Below, piece by piece: positions 8,668 to 17,793 of a stretch of 32,000 nt of DNA (the stretch's first letter is position 1; each line of letters starts with the position of its first letter). Below the pieces are notes generated by a model that saw only the letters and a program-made list of their open reading frames with translations, had not been told where the DNA came from and did not search any database. The DNA lies in NCBI RefSeq assembly GCF_000015585.1, contig NC_008789.1:240001-272000 (forward strand), given 5' to 3'. This DNA comes from Halorhodospira halophila SL1 (lineage in GTDB: Bacteria; Pseudomonadota; Gammaproteobacteria; Nitrococcales; Halorhodospiraceae). A program made the position numbers and the translations under genes.

Positions 8668-10197
8668 TTACTCGGGGGCCTCGGCCAGTTCCAGGGTCAT
8701 CCCGGCACGCTCCAGGTAGCGCTGCTCCTGGAGCAGATCGGCCTGGAGCAGGGGGTTGTCCGCCAGCCACCCGGACGGGAACCACAGCCGCAGCCCGTCG
8801 GTCAGCGGTTCCAGGCGCGGCTCCACCACCCGACCGTCGGCCCGCCCACGGTGGAGCAGAACCGCCAGGCGCAGCACCACGGCCAGCCGCTTGCCGGTGT
8901 CCAGCCAGCGCCGGGGCAGCGCCTTCAACTGCCCGCGGGCCAGCTTACGGCGGTGCACCCGCACCAGCAGGGCCAGCAGCTGCTGCTCCTGACGGGAGAA
9001 GCCGGCCATGTCCGCGTTACGCAGGATGTAGGCACCGTGCTTGTGGTACTGGGCGTGGGAGATATCCAGACCGATCTCGTGGAGCTGGGCCGCCCAGTCG
9101 AGGATGTCGCGGTAAAAGCGTCCTGCCAGCCCCCACCCCGGCGCCACCTGATCGAGCAGCCCCGCCGCCGTCGCCGCCACCCGGTCGGCCTGGCCGGCCT
9201 CCACCGAATAGCGCCGGCGCAGCGCCGAGACCGTATTGGCCCGGGCGTCCTCGCTGTGCTGGAGCATCCCCAGGCGGCCCGCCAGGTCGTACATCACCCC
9301 CTCGCGCAGGGCGCCGTCGGCCACCTCCATACGCTCGATGCCCAGCGCCTCGAAGACCGCACAGAGGGCCGCCAGCCCCGCCGGGAAGACCTGGCGCCGG
9401 TCGCCGGAAAGCCCCAGCCACTCGCCCAGGGTCTCGGCGTCGCCGGCCTCCACCGCCAGCCGGCGCAGGCGGCCCAGCGCCTCGGCGGTGATCCACCCGG
9501 GCGGTGACCAGTCCCGGCTGGCGCAGGCGTCGGCGGCGGCGCGCACCGTCCCGGAGGCGCCCACAGCCCCCTGCCACGCCGGCGAGCGAAAGGCGCCCTC
9601 CACCGGCTCCAGCTCCAGCCGGGCGAGGACCAGGGCCTTCTGGAACTGCCGCCCGGTGATGCGGCCGTCGGCGAAGCAGCGTCCGGTGAGCGAGACGCAC
9701 CCCAGATGGACGCTCTCCATCTGCTCGGCCCGCGGGCCGCGGCCGAGGATCAGCTCGGTACTACCCCCACCGATATCGATCACCACCCGCCGGCGCTCGT
9801 CGAACCCCAGATTGTGGGCCACACCGAGGTAGATCAGCCGAGCCTCCTCATAGCCCGAAACCACCTCGATCGGGTGCCCCAGGGCGCCCTCGGCCTCCTG
9901 CATGAAGTCCGTGGCATCCCGCGCCCTGCGCAGGGTGTTCGTCCCCACGGCACGAACCCGCTGCGCCTGCAGGCGGCGCAACCGATCCCCGAAGCGGGCC
10001 AGGCAAGCCAGCGCCCGCTCCCGGGCGTCCTCGCTCAGCCGTTTCTGCCCCTCGCCCAGGCCGGCGCCGAGCCGGACCGTCTCGCGCAACCGATCCACCA
10101 CCCGCAGCGTGCGGGTGGCCGGATCGATGCGCGCCACCACCATATGGAAACTGTTCGAGCCCAGATCGACCGCTGCGATCACCTGCTCGTCTCGCAT
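8668..10197 (-). CDS. ppx: Exopolyphosphatase (Ppx/GppA family)
   Basis: AAVDLGSNSFHMVVARI and VIDIGGGSTELI are ASKHA-fold Ppx/GppA motifs. The C-terminal HD-like region contains HEIGLDISHAQYHKHGAYIL. ATG 10197 overlaps the sixA stop by 1 nt; an in-frame GTG at 10200 is an alternative start. The gene is tail-to-tail with ppk across a 20-nt gap. Confidence 0.93.
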   Translation of the reverse strand: MRDEQVIAAVDLGSNSFHMVVARIDPATRTLRVVDRLRETVRLGAGLGEGQKRLSEDARERALACLARFGDRLRRLQAQRVRAVGTNTLRRARDATDFMQEAEGALGHPIEVVSGYEEARLIYLGVAHNLGFDERRRVVIDIGGGSTELILGRGPRAEQMESVHLGCVSLTGRCFADGRITGRQFQKALVLARLELEPVEGAFRSPAWQGAVGASGTVRAAADACASRDWSPPGWITAEALGRLRRLAVEAGDAETLGEWLGLSGDRRQVFPAGLAALCAVFEALGIERMEVADGALREGVMYDLAGRLGMLQHSEDARANTVSALRRRYSVEAGQADRVAATAAGLLDQVAPGWGLAGRFYRDILDWAAQLHEIGLDISHAQYHKHGAYILRNADMAGFSRQEQQLLALLVRVHRRKLARGQLKALPRRWLDTGKRLAVVLRLAVLLHRGRADGRVVEPRLEPLTDGLRLWFPSGWLADNPLLQADLLQEQRYLERAGMTLELAEAPE

Positions 10198-10709
10198 CAC
10201 TCCGCCACCTCGGACAGGTCGCCAAGCACCTCAGGGGGAAAATGGCCGGTGAGCCGCCCAGCGCCGGGGGCCGGGCCGTCAGGGAATTCGAGCAGGCAGA
10301 TGGAGGCCTTGCGGAAGGCGAGGAAGGAGACCGGGGTGCCGGTCAGCGCCTGCCCGACCCAGTAACCGAGATCCGGCTCATGGCCGACCAGGGCCACCGG
10401 ATACTCGCTGACCTCGGCGAGCCACCGGAACACCGCCGCCGGGTCGCCGCCCGGGGCGAGCGCCGCCAGCTCGCGCCGGGCGGTGGTTTCGGGAAAGGCG
10501 GCATCGAGGATGGCCGCGGTCTGCACGGCGCGCGTCAGTGGACTATGCGCCACCAGCGGCAGGTGTTCCACCACCCGCCGCAGGCCGAGCGCCGCCCGAC
10601 GCATGACCCGCTCGCCCCGGTCCGAGACGCGGCGGGTCCGGTCCCTGCCGTCGGGGGCCTGGTCGCGGGGTTCGGCGATGGCGTGCCGAACCACCAGAAC
10701 CTGACCCAT
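10197..10709 (-). CDS. sixA: SixA-type phosphohistidine phosphatase (histidine phosphatase superfamily)
   Basis: LVVRHAIAE corresponds to the RHG catalytic motif with A for G. HSPLTRAVQTA corresponds to SP..RA.QT, and ALVGHEPDLGY to the second catalytic His. The protein is 170 aa and colinear with E. coli SixA as I recall it. Confidence 0.75.
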   Translation of the reverse strand: MGQVLVVRHAIAEPRDQAPDGRDRTRRVSDRGERVMRRAALGLRRVVEHLPLVAHSPLTRAVQTAAILDAAFPETTARRELAALAPGGDPAAVFRWLAEVSEYPVALVGHEPDLGYWVGQALTGTPVSFLAFRKASICLLEFPDGPAPGAGRLTGHFPPEVLGDLSEVAE

Positions 10710-10726
10710 AGGGATGTCCGGGCGCC

Positions 10727-11203
10727 TCAGACCACCGAAGAGGAGCGACCTCGATCGCCCACGTCGCGGCCGGCGGCCTCAACCCGTTCCGCCACCTCGC
10801 GCACGCCGGAGTCACGGGCCATCTGCTCGAGGGTGATGCCGTTGAGGAAGTCGTAGATCTGCCGACTCAGATCCACCCAAAGGTCGTGGGTCAGGCAACG
10901 ATCGTCGTCGCTGCTGCCCTCGCCGACGCCCTGCCCCTGGGCGGTCCCTTCATCGACTGCTGTGATGATCTGCGCCACGGAGATCTCTCCAGCCGGGCGG
11001 GCCAGCCGATAGCCGCCGCCGGGCCCGCGGACCCCGACGACCAGCCCGTCGCGCCGCATGCGCGCGAAAAGCTGCTCCAGGTAGGACAGCGAGATGCCCT
11101 GAGTGTGGGAGATCTCCGCCAATGTCACTGGCCCCTTATCGGTATTGAGGGCCAGTTCCATCATCGCGGTAACCGCGTAACGCCCTTTTGTCGACAAGCG
11201 CAT
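10727..11203 (-). CDS. iscR: Rrf2-family transcriptional regulator, IscR-like, with a degenerate Fe-S ligand set
   Basis: MRLSTKGRYAVTAMMELALN...GISLSYLEQLFARMRRDGLVVGVRGPGGGYRL...CLTHDLWVDLS...FLNGITLEQM is colinear with E. coli IscR. The start was moved to ATG 11203; the maximal ORF to 11482 has an Arg/Gly/Pro-rich shadow extension. Only one Cys is present (see findings). Confidence 0.85.
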   Translation of the reverse strand: MRLSTKGRYAVTAMMELALNTDKGPVTLAEISHTQGISLSYLEQLFARMRRDGLVVGVRGPGGGYRLARPAGEISVAQIITAVDEGTAQGQGVGEGSSDDDRCLTHDLWVDLSRQIYDFLNGITLEQMARDSGVREVAERVEAAGRDVGDRGRSSSVV

Positions 11204-11262
11204 AGCCAATTCCTTAAAACGATGGGGGGTATCTGTGGTTATAGCGCTCGGATTGCGTCCGG

Positions 11263-11745
11263 TCAAGGTCGACCCGACGAGGTAGGAGACCGCAGCCGGA
11301 ACCCGTGGCCCTCGCCTAGGCTGAAGCGCAGCCAGCGGCTGAGGAAGCGGTTGCTGACCCAGCGCTGCTCCAGGCTGCCGGCCGGATCCCGCACCGTGCG
11401 CCCGCCGGTGGCCATGACCTCGGCCACCCGGGCGTCGTGGTAGACCCGCACGGTCAATTCGGGCAGTGACTCGGCACTGCACCCCGACTTGAAACGATGG
11501 GTGAGGAGCACCGTGGTGGTGTAGCGGCTGCGCTCCAGGACCTCGAGACGCAGGGCCACCCCGTCCCGCGAGAAGGAGACCTCCCCCTCGGCGCCGGCCC
11601 GCTCCAGATCGGGCACCAACCGGCGCATGTAGATGTAGTTGGTCTCGTACAGCTCCATCAGCGCCGCGAAGGTGCGCGGTTTCGCCTCAAGGGCTCGGTG
11701 CGAAGTAGCGGCTTCCTGGACCATGCGCGCGAGCATAACACGCAC
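11263..11745 (-). CDS. DUF1249 (YqiB-like) family protein
   Basis: LMELYETNYIYMRRLVPDL, LERSRYTTTVLL, LTVRVYHDARVAEV and NRFLSRWLRFSL match the YqiB/DUF1249 pattern. The start is ambiguous (GTG 11745, ATG 11736 or ATG 11724) and none has a clear SD. Confidence 0.7.
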   Translation of the reverse strand: MRVMLARMVQEAATSHRALEAKPRTFAALMELYETNYIYMRRLVPDLERAGAEGEVSFSRDGVALRLEVLERSRYTTTVLLTHRFKSGCSAESLPELTVRVYHDARVAEVMATGGRTVRDPAGSLEQRWVSNRFLSRWLRFSLGEGHGFRLRSPTSSGRP

Positions 11746-11766
11746 GCGCGCGTCGCGAACCCGTGC

Positions 11767-12588
11767 CTAGACGCGCCGGGTCAGGGCGTGCTGATGGATC
11801 ACCGTCGAGGAGATCTCCTCGATGGACATGGTGGTGATGTCCAGGTACGGAATGCCCTCGCGGCGGAACATTGCCTCGGCCCGCGCCACCTCGTACTCGC
11901 ACTGGCGCAACTCGGCGTAGCGGCTGTTGGGGCGGCGCTCGCTGCGGATCTGGTGCAGGCGATCCGGATCGATGGTCAGCCCGAAGAGCTTCGCCCGGTG
12001 GGAGACCAGCGCCCGGGGCAACCGGGTGGCGATCAGGTCGTCGTCGGTGAGTGGGTAGTTGGCGGCGTAGACGCCGAACTGCAGCGCCAGATAGAGCGAG
12101 GCCGGGGTCTTCCCGCTGCGCGAGACCCCCACCAGGATGACATCCGCCCGCCCGTAGTGCTGGTGAGTGGCGCCGTCGTCATGGTGCAGTGCGAAATTCA
12201 TGGCATCGATCCGCACATCGTACGTGCTATCATCCGCGATTCCGTGCGACCGGCCGATGACGTGATTCGACGGCACCTCGAGTTCGCGCTCCAGGGGCGC
12301 GATAAAAGTGTCAAAGAAATCAAAGAGGACGATGTGCTCGCTCTCGCGCAGGACGGCGAGCACCTCCGGGTCGATGATGGTGGAGAAGACAATGGGCGGA
12401 TGGTCATCCTCGGCGGAGGCCGCCGTGATCCGGCGCAGCGCCGCCCGTGCCCGTTCCGCCGTGTCGACAAAGGGGATCGTGGCCTGTTCGGTGGTGACCG
12501 AGAACTGGGTCATCAGCGAGTGGCCGAGGGCCTCGGCCGTGATCCCGGTACGATCGGAGACAAAGAAAACCCTGCGCACGTCAGTCAT
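11767..12588 (-). CDS. ppsR: PEP synthase regulatory protein (bifunctional kinase/pyrophosphorylase, DUF299)
   Basis: [19 protein letters not shown], the P-loop [17 protein letters not shown], and YAANYPL are present. It is divergent from ppsA, the classical arrangement. Confidence 0.92.
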   Translation of the reverse strand: MTDVRRVFFVSDRTGITAEALGHSLMTQFSVTTEQATIPFVDTAERARAALRRITAASAEDDHPPIVFSTIIDPEVLAVLRESEHIVLFDFFDTFIAPLERELEVPSNHVIGRSHGIADDSTYDVRIDAMNFALHHDDGATHQHYGRADVILVGVSRSGKTPASLYLALQFGVYAANYPLTDDDLIATRLPRALVSHRAKLFGLTIDPDRLHQIRSERRPNSRYAELRQCEYEVARAEAMFRREGIPYLDITTMSIEEISSTVIHQHALTRRV

Positions 12589-12704
12589 CGGTGGGTCGGT
12601 CCCGTTGCGGCCATGAGTCGGCGGGCCATCTTAGACCAAGACCGCCGGCCGCGGCACGCAGCACCGCGAGCACGGCCATTGTGACGCTTCAGGGGAGCAC
12701 AGCC

Positions 12705-15077
12705 TTGCAAGATTACGTAGTGGAGTTCGACGCCCTTGGCATGGGCGATGTGGATCAGGTAGGCGGCAAAAACGCCTCCCTTGGCGAGATGATCAGCAAC
12801 CTCGCCAAGGCGGGTGTCCGTGTCCCGGGCGGGTTCGCCACCACGGCGAAGGCGTACTGGGAGTTCCTGGACGCCAACAACCTGCGCGAGGGGATCCGGG
12901 ACGCACTCCAGGGGCTCGATGTCGAGGACGTGGAACAGCTGGCTGCCACCGGCGCCAAGATCCGCCAGATGATCCTCGACGCGCCCTTCCCCGAGTCCAT
13001 CGATGCCGCCATCCGCAGCGGCTACGAGAAGCTCGAGGCCCAGCACCCGGGCGAGGCCTCCTTCGCCGTACGCTCCTCGGCCACCGCCGAGGATCTGCCG
13101 GATGCCTCCTTCGCCGGCCAGCAGGAGACGTTCCTCAACGTCCGCGGCCTCGAGGGGATCCGCGAGGCCATCCACCACGTCTTCGCCTCGCTGTTCACCG
13201 ACCGCGCCATCGCCTACCGCGTCCACCACGGCTTCGACCACGAGCAGGTGGCACTGTCGGCGGGCATCCAGCGCATGGTGCGCTCGGACATCGGCGCCTC
13301 CGGCGTGATGTTCACCATGGACACCGAGTCCGGCTTCCGCGAAGCGGTCTTCGTCACCGCCTCCTGGGGGCTGGGCGAGACGGTGGTCCAGGGCGCGGTC
13401 AACCCGGACGAGTTCTACGTCTACAAGCCGAACCTGGAGCAAAACCGCCCGGCCATCCTGCGCCGCAACCTCGGCGGCAAGGCGATCAAGATGGTCTACT
13501 CGGGCAGCACCGAGCACGGCAAGACCGTGGAGACCGTCGACGTCCCCGAGGCCGACCGCATGCGCTTCTGCCTCAACGACGCCGACATCGAAGACCTCGC
13601 CCGGCAGGCGGTGATCATCGAGAAGCACTACGGCCGGCCCATGGACATCGAGTGGGGCAAGGACGGTGAGGACGGCCAGCTCTACATCCTCCAGGCCCGC
13701 CCCGAGACGGTGAAGAGCCGCGACGGCGGCCAGGTGCTCGAGCGCTACCACCTCAAGGATCGCGGCCCGGTGCTGACCGAGGGGCGCGCCATCGGCCAGC
13801 GCATCGGCGCCGGCCCGGTCCGCGTGATCCAGGATGTCGGCGAGATCAACCGCGTCCAGGAAGGCGACGTCCTGGTCACCGACATGACCGACCCCGACTG
13901 GGAGCCGATCATGAAGCGCGCGGCGGCCATCGTCACCAATCGCGGCGGCCGCACCTGTCACGCGGCGATCATCGCCCGTGAGCTCGGCATCCCGGCGATC
14001 GTCGGCTGCGGCAACGCCACCGAGACGATCCCCGACAGCATCGACGCCACCGTCTCCTGCGCCGAGGGCGACACCGGCTACGTCTACGAGGGCAAGCAGG
14101 ACTTCGAGGTCCGCGAGATCTCGCTGTCCGACATGCCGGATCTGCCGTTCAAGATCATGATGAACGTCGGCAACCCGGACCGAGCCTTCGACTTCCAGTT
14201 CCTGCCCAACGAGGGCGTCGGCCTCGCCCGGGTGGAGTTCATCATCAACCGGATGATCGGCATCCACCCCCGTGCGCTGCTCGAGTTCGATCAGCAGGAG
14301 GAGTCGGTCAAGCGGGTCATCCGCTCGCAGACCGCCGGCTACGAGAACCCCGAGGAGTTCTACGTCGACAAGCTCGCCGAGGGGGTCTCCATGCTCGGCG
14401 CCGCCTTCTACCCGAAGCCGGTGATCGTGCGCATGTCGGACTTCAAGTCCAACGAGTACGCCAACCTCATCGGCGGCGAGAAGTACGAGCCGCATGAAGA
14501 GAACCCGATGATTGGCTTCCGCGGCGCCTCGCGCTACATCAACCCGGAGTTCCAGGAGTGCTTCAAGCTTGAGTGCCGGGCGCTGCGCCGGGTGCGCGAC
14601 GAGATGGGCCTGGACAATGTCTGGCTGATGATCCCGTTCGTGCGCACCACCACCGAGGCCGAGCAGGTCATCCGGCTGCTCGCCGAGAACGGCCTGGAGC
14701 GCGGCAAGGACGGGCTCAAGGTCATGATGATGTGCGAGCTGCCCTCCAACGCCGTGCTCGCCGACGAGTTCCTGGAGCACTTCGACGGCTTCTCCATCGG
14801 CTCCAACGACCTGACTCAGTTGACCCTCGGACTGGATCGTGACTCGGGTGTCATCGCCGAGCAGTTCGATGAGCGCAACGAGGCCGTCAAGCGCATGCTC
14901 TCCATGGCCATCCAGGCCTGCCGCCGCCACGGCAAGTACGTGGGCATCTGCGGCCAGGGCCCGTCGGACTACCCCGACCTGGCCCAGTGGCTGATGGACG
15001 AGGGCATCGAGAGCGTCTCCCTGAACCCGGATACAGTCGTCGAGACCTGGCTGTATCTGGCGGGCAAGGAGCAGTAA
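12705..15077 (+). CDS. ppsA: Phosphoenolpyruvate synthase (pyruvate, water dikinase)
   Basis: [68 protein letters not shown] (phospho-His domain) and [16 protein letters not shown] are present. TTG 12705 is the preferred start, with AGGGGAG 8 nt upstream and an N-terminal length like E. coli PpsA. In-frame GTG 12681 is the alternative. Confidence 0.95.
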   Translation: MQDYVVEFDALGMGDVDQVGGKNASLGEMISNLAKAGVRVPGGFATTAKAYWEFLDANNLREGIRDALQGLDVEDVEQLAATGAKIRQMILDAPFPESIDAAIRSGYEKLEAQHPGEASFAVRSSATAEDLPDASFAGQQETFLNVRGLEGIREAIHHVFASLFTDRAIAYRVHHGFDHEQVALSAGIQRMVRSDIGASGVMFTMDTESGFREAVFVTASWGLGETVVQGAVNPDEFYVYKPNLEQNRPAILRRNLGGKAIKMVYSGSTEHGKTVETVDVPEADRMRFCLNDADIEDLARQAVIIEKHYGRPMDIEWGKDGEDGQLYILQARPETVKSRDGGQVLERYHLKDRGPVLTEGRAIGQRIGAGPVRVIQDVGEINRVQEGDVLVTDMTDPDWEPIMKRAAAIVTNRGGRTCHAAIIARELGIPAIVGCGNATETIPDSIDATVSCAEGDTGYVYEGKQDFEVREISLSDMPDLPFKIMMNVGNPDRAFDFQFLPNEGVGLARVEFIINRMIGIHPRALLEFDQQEESVKRVIRSQTAGYENPEEFYVDKLAEGVSMLGAAFYPKPVIVRMSDFKSNEYANLIGGEKYEPHEENPMIGFRGASRYINPEFQECFKLECRALRRVRDEMGLDNVWLMIPFVRTTTEAEQVIRLLAENGLERGKDGLKVMMMCELPSNAVLADEFLEHFDGFSIGSNDLTQLTLGLDRDSGVIAEQFDERNEAVKRMLSMAIQACRRHGKYVGICGQGPSDYPDLAQWLMDEGIESVSLNPDTVVETWLYLAGKEQ

Positions 15078-15092
15078 GCGCACAAGCCCGCG

Positions 15093-15130
15093 CGGTTCAG
15101 GGGGCGGGGGCGCCCCCTGAACCGCTTTTC
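15093..15130 (+). terminator. Rho-independent terminator after ppsA
   Basis: CGGTTCAGGGGGCG (15093-15106), a 4-nt loop, then CGCCCCCTGAACCG (15111-15124) form a perfect 14-bp stem. It is followed by CTTTTCC. Confidence 0.65.
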
Positions 15131-15193
15131 CTGCTGTCACCCGCCCGAAAAACGGCTACGCTGACCGAAGGAGTTCTACCCTTCGAGGTCAGC

Positions 15194-16699
15194 ATGACCG
15201 ATACCCGCGCCCCCTACCGCGGCGAAGACCTGCGATTCGACTACGACCGGGACGCCTTTCTGCGCAGGCTGCAGCGCCTGCTCCCCCGGGCCGATCAGGT
15301 CATCGACGACCCCGAGGGCCTACGCCCCTACGAGTGCGACGGGCTGGCTGCCTACCGACAGCTGCCGGTGGCCGTGGCCATCCCCGAGACGATCGAACAG
15401 GCCCAGGCGGTGCTCGCCCTGTGCCACGAGTACCGCGTGCCGGTCACCGCCCGCGGCGCCGGGACCTCGCTCTCCGCCGGTGCACTGCCCCACCCCCAGG
15501 GCATCGTGCTCAGCCTGGCGCGCTTCAACCGCATCCTCGAGCTCGACCCGCTGCGCCGCACCGCCCGCGTCCAGCCCGGTGTCCGCAACCTCGCCGTCAG
15601 CGAGGCCGCCCGCCCCCACGGCCTCTACTACGCCCCCGACCCCTCCTCGCAGATCGCCTGCTCCATCGGCGGCAACGTCGCCGAGAACGCCGGCGGCGTG
15701 CACTGCCTCAAGTACGGCCTGACGGTGCACAACGTGCTCGCCGCCACAGTGCTCACCCCCGAGGGCGAGCGCATCGACATCGGCAGCAGCGCCCTCGACG
15801 CCCCCGGGTACGACCTGATGGCCCTCTACACCGGCTCCGAGGGGATGCTCGGCGTGATCGTCGAGGCCACCGTGCGCCTGCTGCCAGAACCGGTGCACAA
15901 AGAGGTCCTGCTCGCCGCCTTCCCCAGCGTCGAGGCCGGCGGCCACGCCGTGGCCGGGGTCATCGGCGCCGGCATCATCCCGGCCGGTCTGGAGATGATG
16001 GACGGGCCGGCGATCCGCGCCGCCGAGGACTTCGTCCACGCCGGCTACCCCACCGACGCCGCCGCCATCCTCATCGCCGAGCTCGACGGCGCCCCCGACG
16101 AGGTCACCGAAGAGGTGACACGGCTCAGCGACCTGCTGCGCCAGCACGGCGCCAGCGAGGTCCGCGTGGCCGCCGATGCCGCGGAGCAGGCCCGCTTCTG
16201 GGCCGGCCGCAAGGCGGCCTTCCCGGCCGTGGGGCGGATCTCGCCGGACTACTACTGCATGGACGGCACCATCCCGCGCCACCAGCTCGCCAACGTGCTC
16301 ACCGGCATCGACCGTCTCTCCCGGGAGTACGGGCTGCGGGTGGTCAACGTCTTCCACGCCGGCGACGGCAACCTCCACCCCCTGGTGCTGTACGACGGCA
16401 ACGTCCCCGGCGAGTTCGAGCGCACCGAGGAGCTCGGCCGGCGCATCCTCGAGCTGTGCGTGGACGCCGGCGGCACCGTCACCGGTGAGCACGGCGTCGG
16501 CCTGGAGAAGATCGACGCCATGTGCCATCAGTTCCGCCCGGCGGAGCTCGAGCAGTTCCACGCCGTCAAGGCCGCCTTCGACGAGGCCGGCTGCCTGAAC
16601 CCGGGCAAGGCGGTCCCCACCCTGCACCGCTGCGCCGAGTTCGGCGCCCTCCACGTCCACCACGGGCAGCTGCCCCACCCGGAGCTGGAGCGCTTCTGA
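15194..16699 (+). CDS. glcD: Glycolate oxidase subunit GlcD (FAD-linked oxidase)
   Basis: PYECDGLAAYRQLP, RGAGTSLSAGALP, GLYYAPDPSSQIACSIGGNVAENAGG, NVFHAGDGNLHP and GTVTGEHGVGLEK are present. ATG 15194 is preceded by GAGG 5 nt upstream. The maximal ORF start at 14987 lies inside ppsA. Confidence 0.92.
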   Translation: MTDTRAPYRGEDLRFDYDRDAFLRRLQRLLPRADQVIDDPEGLRPYECDGLAAYRQLPVAVAIPETIEQAQAVLALCHEYRVPVTARGAGTSLSAGALPHPQGIVLSLARFNRILELDPLRRTARVQPGVRNLAVSEAARPHGLYYAPDPSSQIACSIGGNVAENAGGVHCLKYGLTVHNVLAATVLTPEGERIDIGSSALDAPGYDLMALYTGSEGMLGVIVEATVRLLPEPVHKEVLLAAFPSVEAGGHAVAGVIGAGIIPAGLEMMDGPAIRAAEDFVHAGYPTDAAAILIAELDGAPDEVTEEVTRLSDLLRQHGASEVRVAADAAEQARFWAGRKAAFPAVGRISPDYYCMDGTIPRHQLANVLTGIDRLSREYGLRVVNVFHAGDGNLHPLVLYDGNVPGEFERTEELGRRILELCVDAGGTVTGEHGVGLEKIDAMCHQFRPAELEQFHAVKAAFDEAGCLNPGKAVPTLHRCAEFGALHVHHGQLPHPELERF

Positions 16700-17787
16700 T
16701 GAACCAACCCGGCGCCCAAGCCGACCCCTGGGACGACACCGAGGCGCTGAGGGCCCGCGTAGCGGCAGCGGCCGCCGCCGGTCAGCCCCTGAGCCCCCGC
16801 GGCAGCGGCTCCAAGGCCTTCTACGGCAACCCCGGCCGGGGCGAGGCCCTGGATCTCACCGGCCACCGCGGGGTCATCCGCTACCAGCCCACCGAGCTGA
16901 TGGTGACCGTGCGCAGCGGCACCCCGCTGGGCGAGCTCGAGGCCACCCTCGCCGCCGAGGGGCAGATGCTCCCCTTCGAGCCACCACGCTTCGCCGGCGG
17001 CGGCACCGTGGGCGGCGCCGTAGCCAGCGGGCTCGCCGGGCCCGGCCGGCCGTTTCGTGGCGCGGTGCGCGACGCCCTGCTCGGCGTACGAGTCATCAAC
17101 GGCCGGGGCGAGGTCCTGCGCTTCGGCGGCGAGGTGGTCAAGAACGTCGCCGGGTACGACCTCTCCCGGCCCATGGCCGGCGCCCTGGGCACCCTGGGGG
17201 TGCTGCTCGACGTCTCGCTCAAGGTCATCCCGCAGCCGGTGGCCGAGGCCACGCGGACCCTGGAGATCGCCCCCGAGTCCATCTGGCAGCGCGTCCACGC
17301 CGCCCAGGCCGCCGGCTGCCCGATCACCGGCGCCGTTCACGACGGCGAGCGGCTGCACCTGCGCCTCTCCGGGGCCGAGGAGGGGGTGCGGGCCGCCACC
17401 CGCCACCTCGGCGGCGACACCCCGGAGGACGGCGACGCCTTCTGGAGCGCGCTGCGCGACCATACCCTGGCCTTCTTCGCCGACACCGGGGTCCCGCTCT
17501 GGCGCCTGGCCCTGCCGCCGGCCCAGCCGCTCCCCGAACTCCCCGGGGGGCACCTACTCGACTGGGCCGGCCAGCAGCTCTGGCTGCGCAGCGACGCCCC
17601 GGCGGCGCGCGTGCGCGCCGCCGCCGAGGCCGTCGGCGGCCACGCCACCCGCTGGCGCGGCGCCGACACCGCCACCCCTGCCTTCCACCCGCCGAGCGCC
17701 GGCGTCGCCCGACTCAACCGGCAGCTCAAGCAGGCGCTGGACCCGCACCACATCCTGAATCCCGGGCGTTTCGCCCCGGAGCTGTGA
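16699..17787 (+). CDS. glcE: Glycolate oxidase subunit GlcE (FAD-binding)
   Basis: PRGSGSKAFYG, EPTELMVTVRSGTPL-type PCMH FAD-binding pattern, VKNVAGYDLSRPMAG and LDPHHILNPGRF are present. ATG 16699 shares one nucleotide with the glcD stop (TGATG). Confidence 0.85.
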   Translation: MNQPGAQADPWDDTEALRARVAAAAAAGQPLSPRGSGSKAFYGNPGRGEALDLTGHRGVIRYQPTELMVTVRSGTPLGELEATLAAEGQMLPFEPPRFAGGGTVGGAVASGLAGPGRPFRGAVRDALLGVRVINGRGEVLRFGGEVVKNVAGYDLSRPMAGALGTLGVLLDVSLKVIPQPVAEATRTLEIAPESIWQRVHAAQAAGCPITGAVHDGERLHLRLSGAEEGVRAATRHLGGDTPEDGDAFWSALRDHTLAFFADTGVPLWRLALPPAQPLPELPGGHLLDWAGQQLWLRSDAPAARVRAAAEAVGGHATRWRGADTATPAFHPPSAGVARLNRQLKQALDPHHILNPGRFAPEL

Positions 17788-17793
17788 GGGGCC

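Noticed and set aside
7064-9507. ORFs antisense or off-frame to ppk and ppx (7064-8785 minus, 573 aa; 8343-9491 plus, 382 aa; 8539-9507 plus, 322 aa)
   Set aside because: They are Pro/Arg/Ala-rich shadows, whereas the opposite frames encode unmistakable PPK1 and Ppx.
12585-15140. 851-aa minus-strand ORF
   Set aside because: It is antisense to ppsA along its entire length and has no motifs. It is a shadow ORF.
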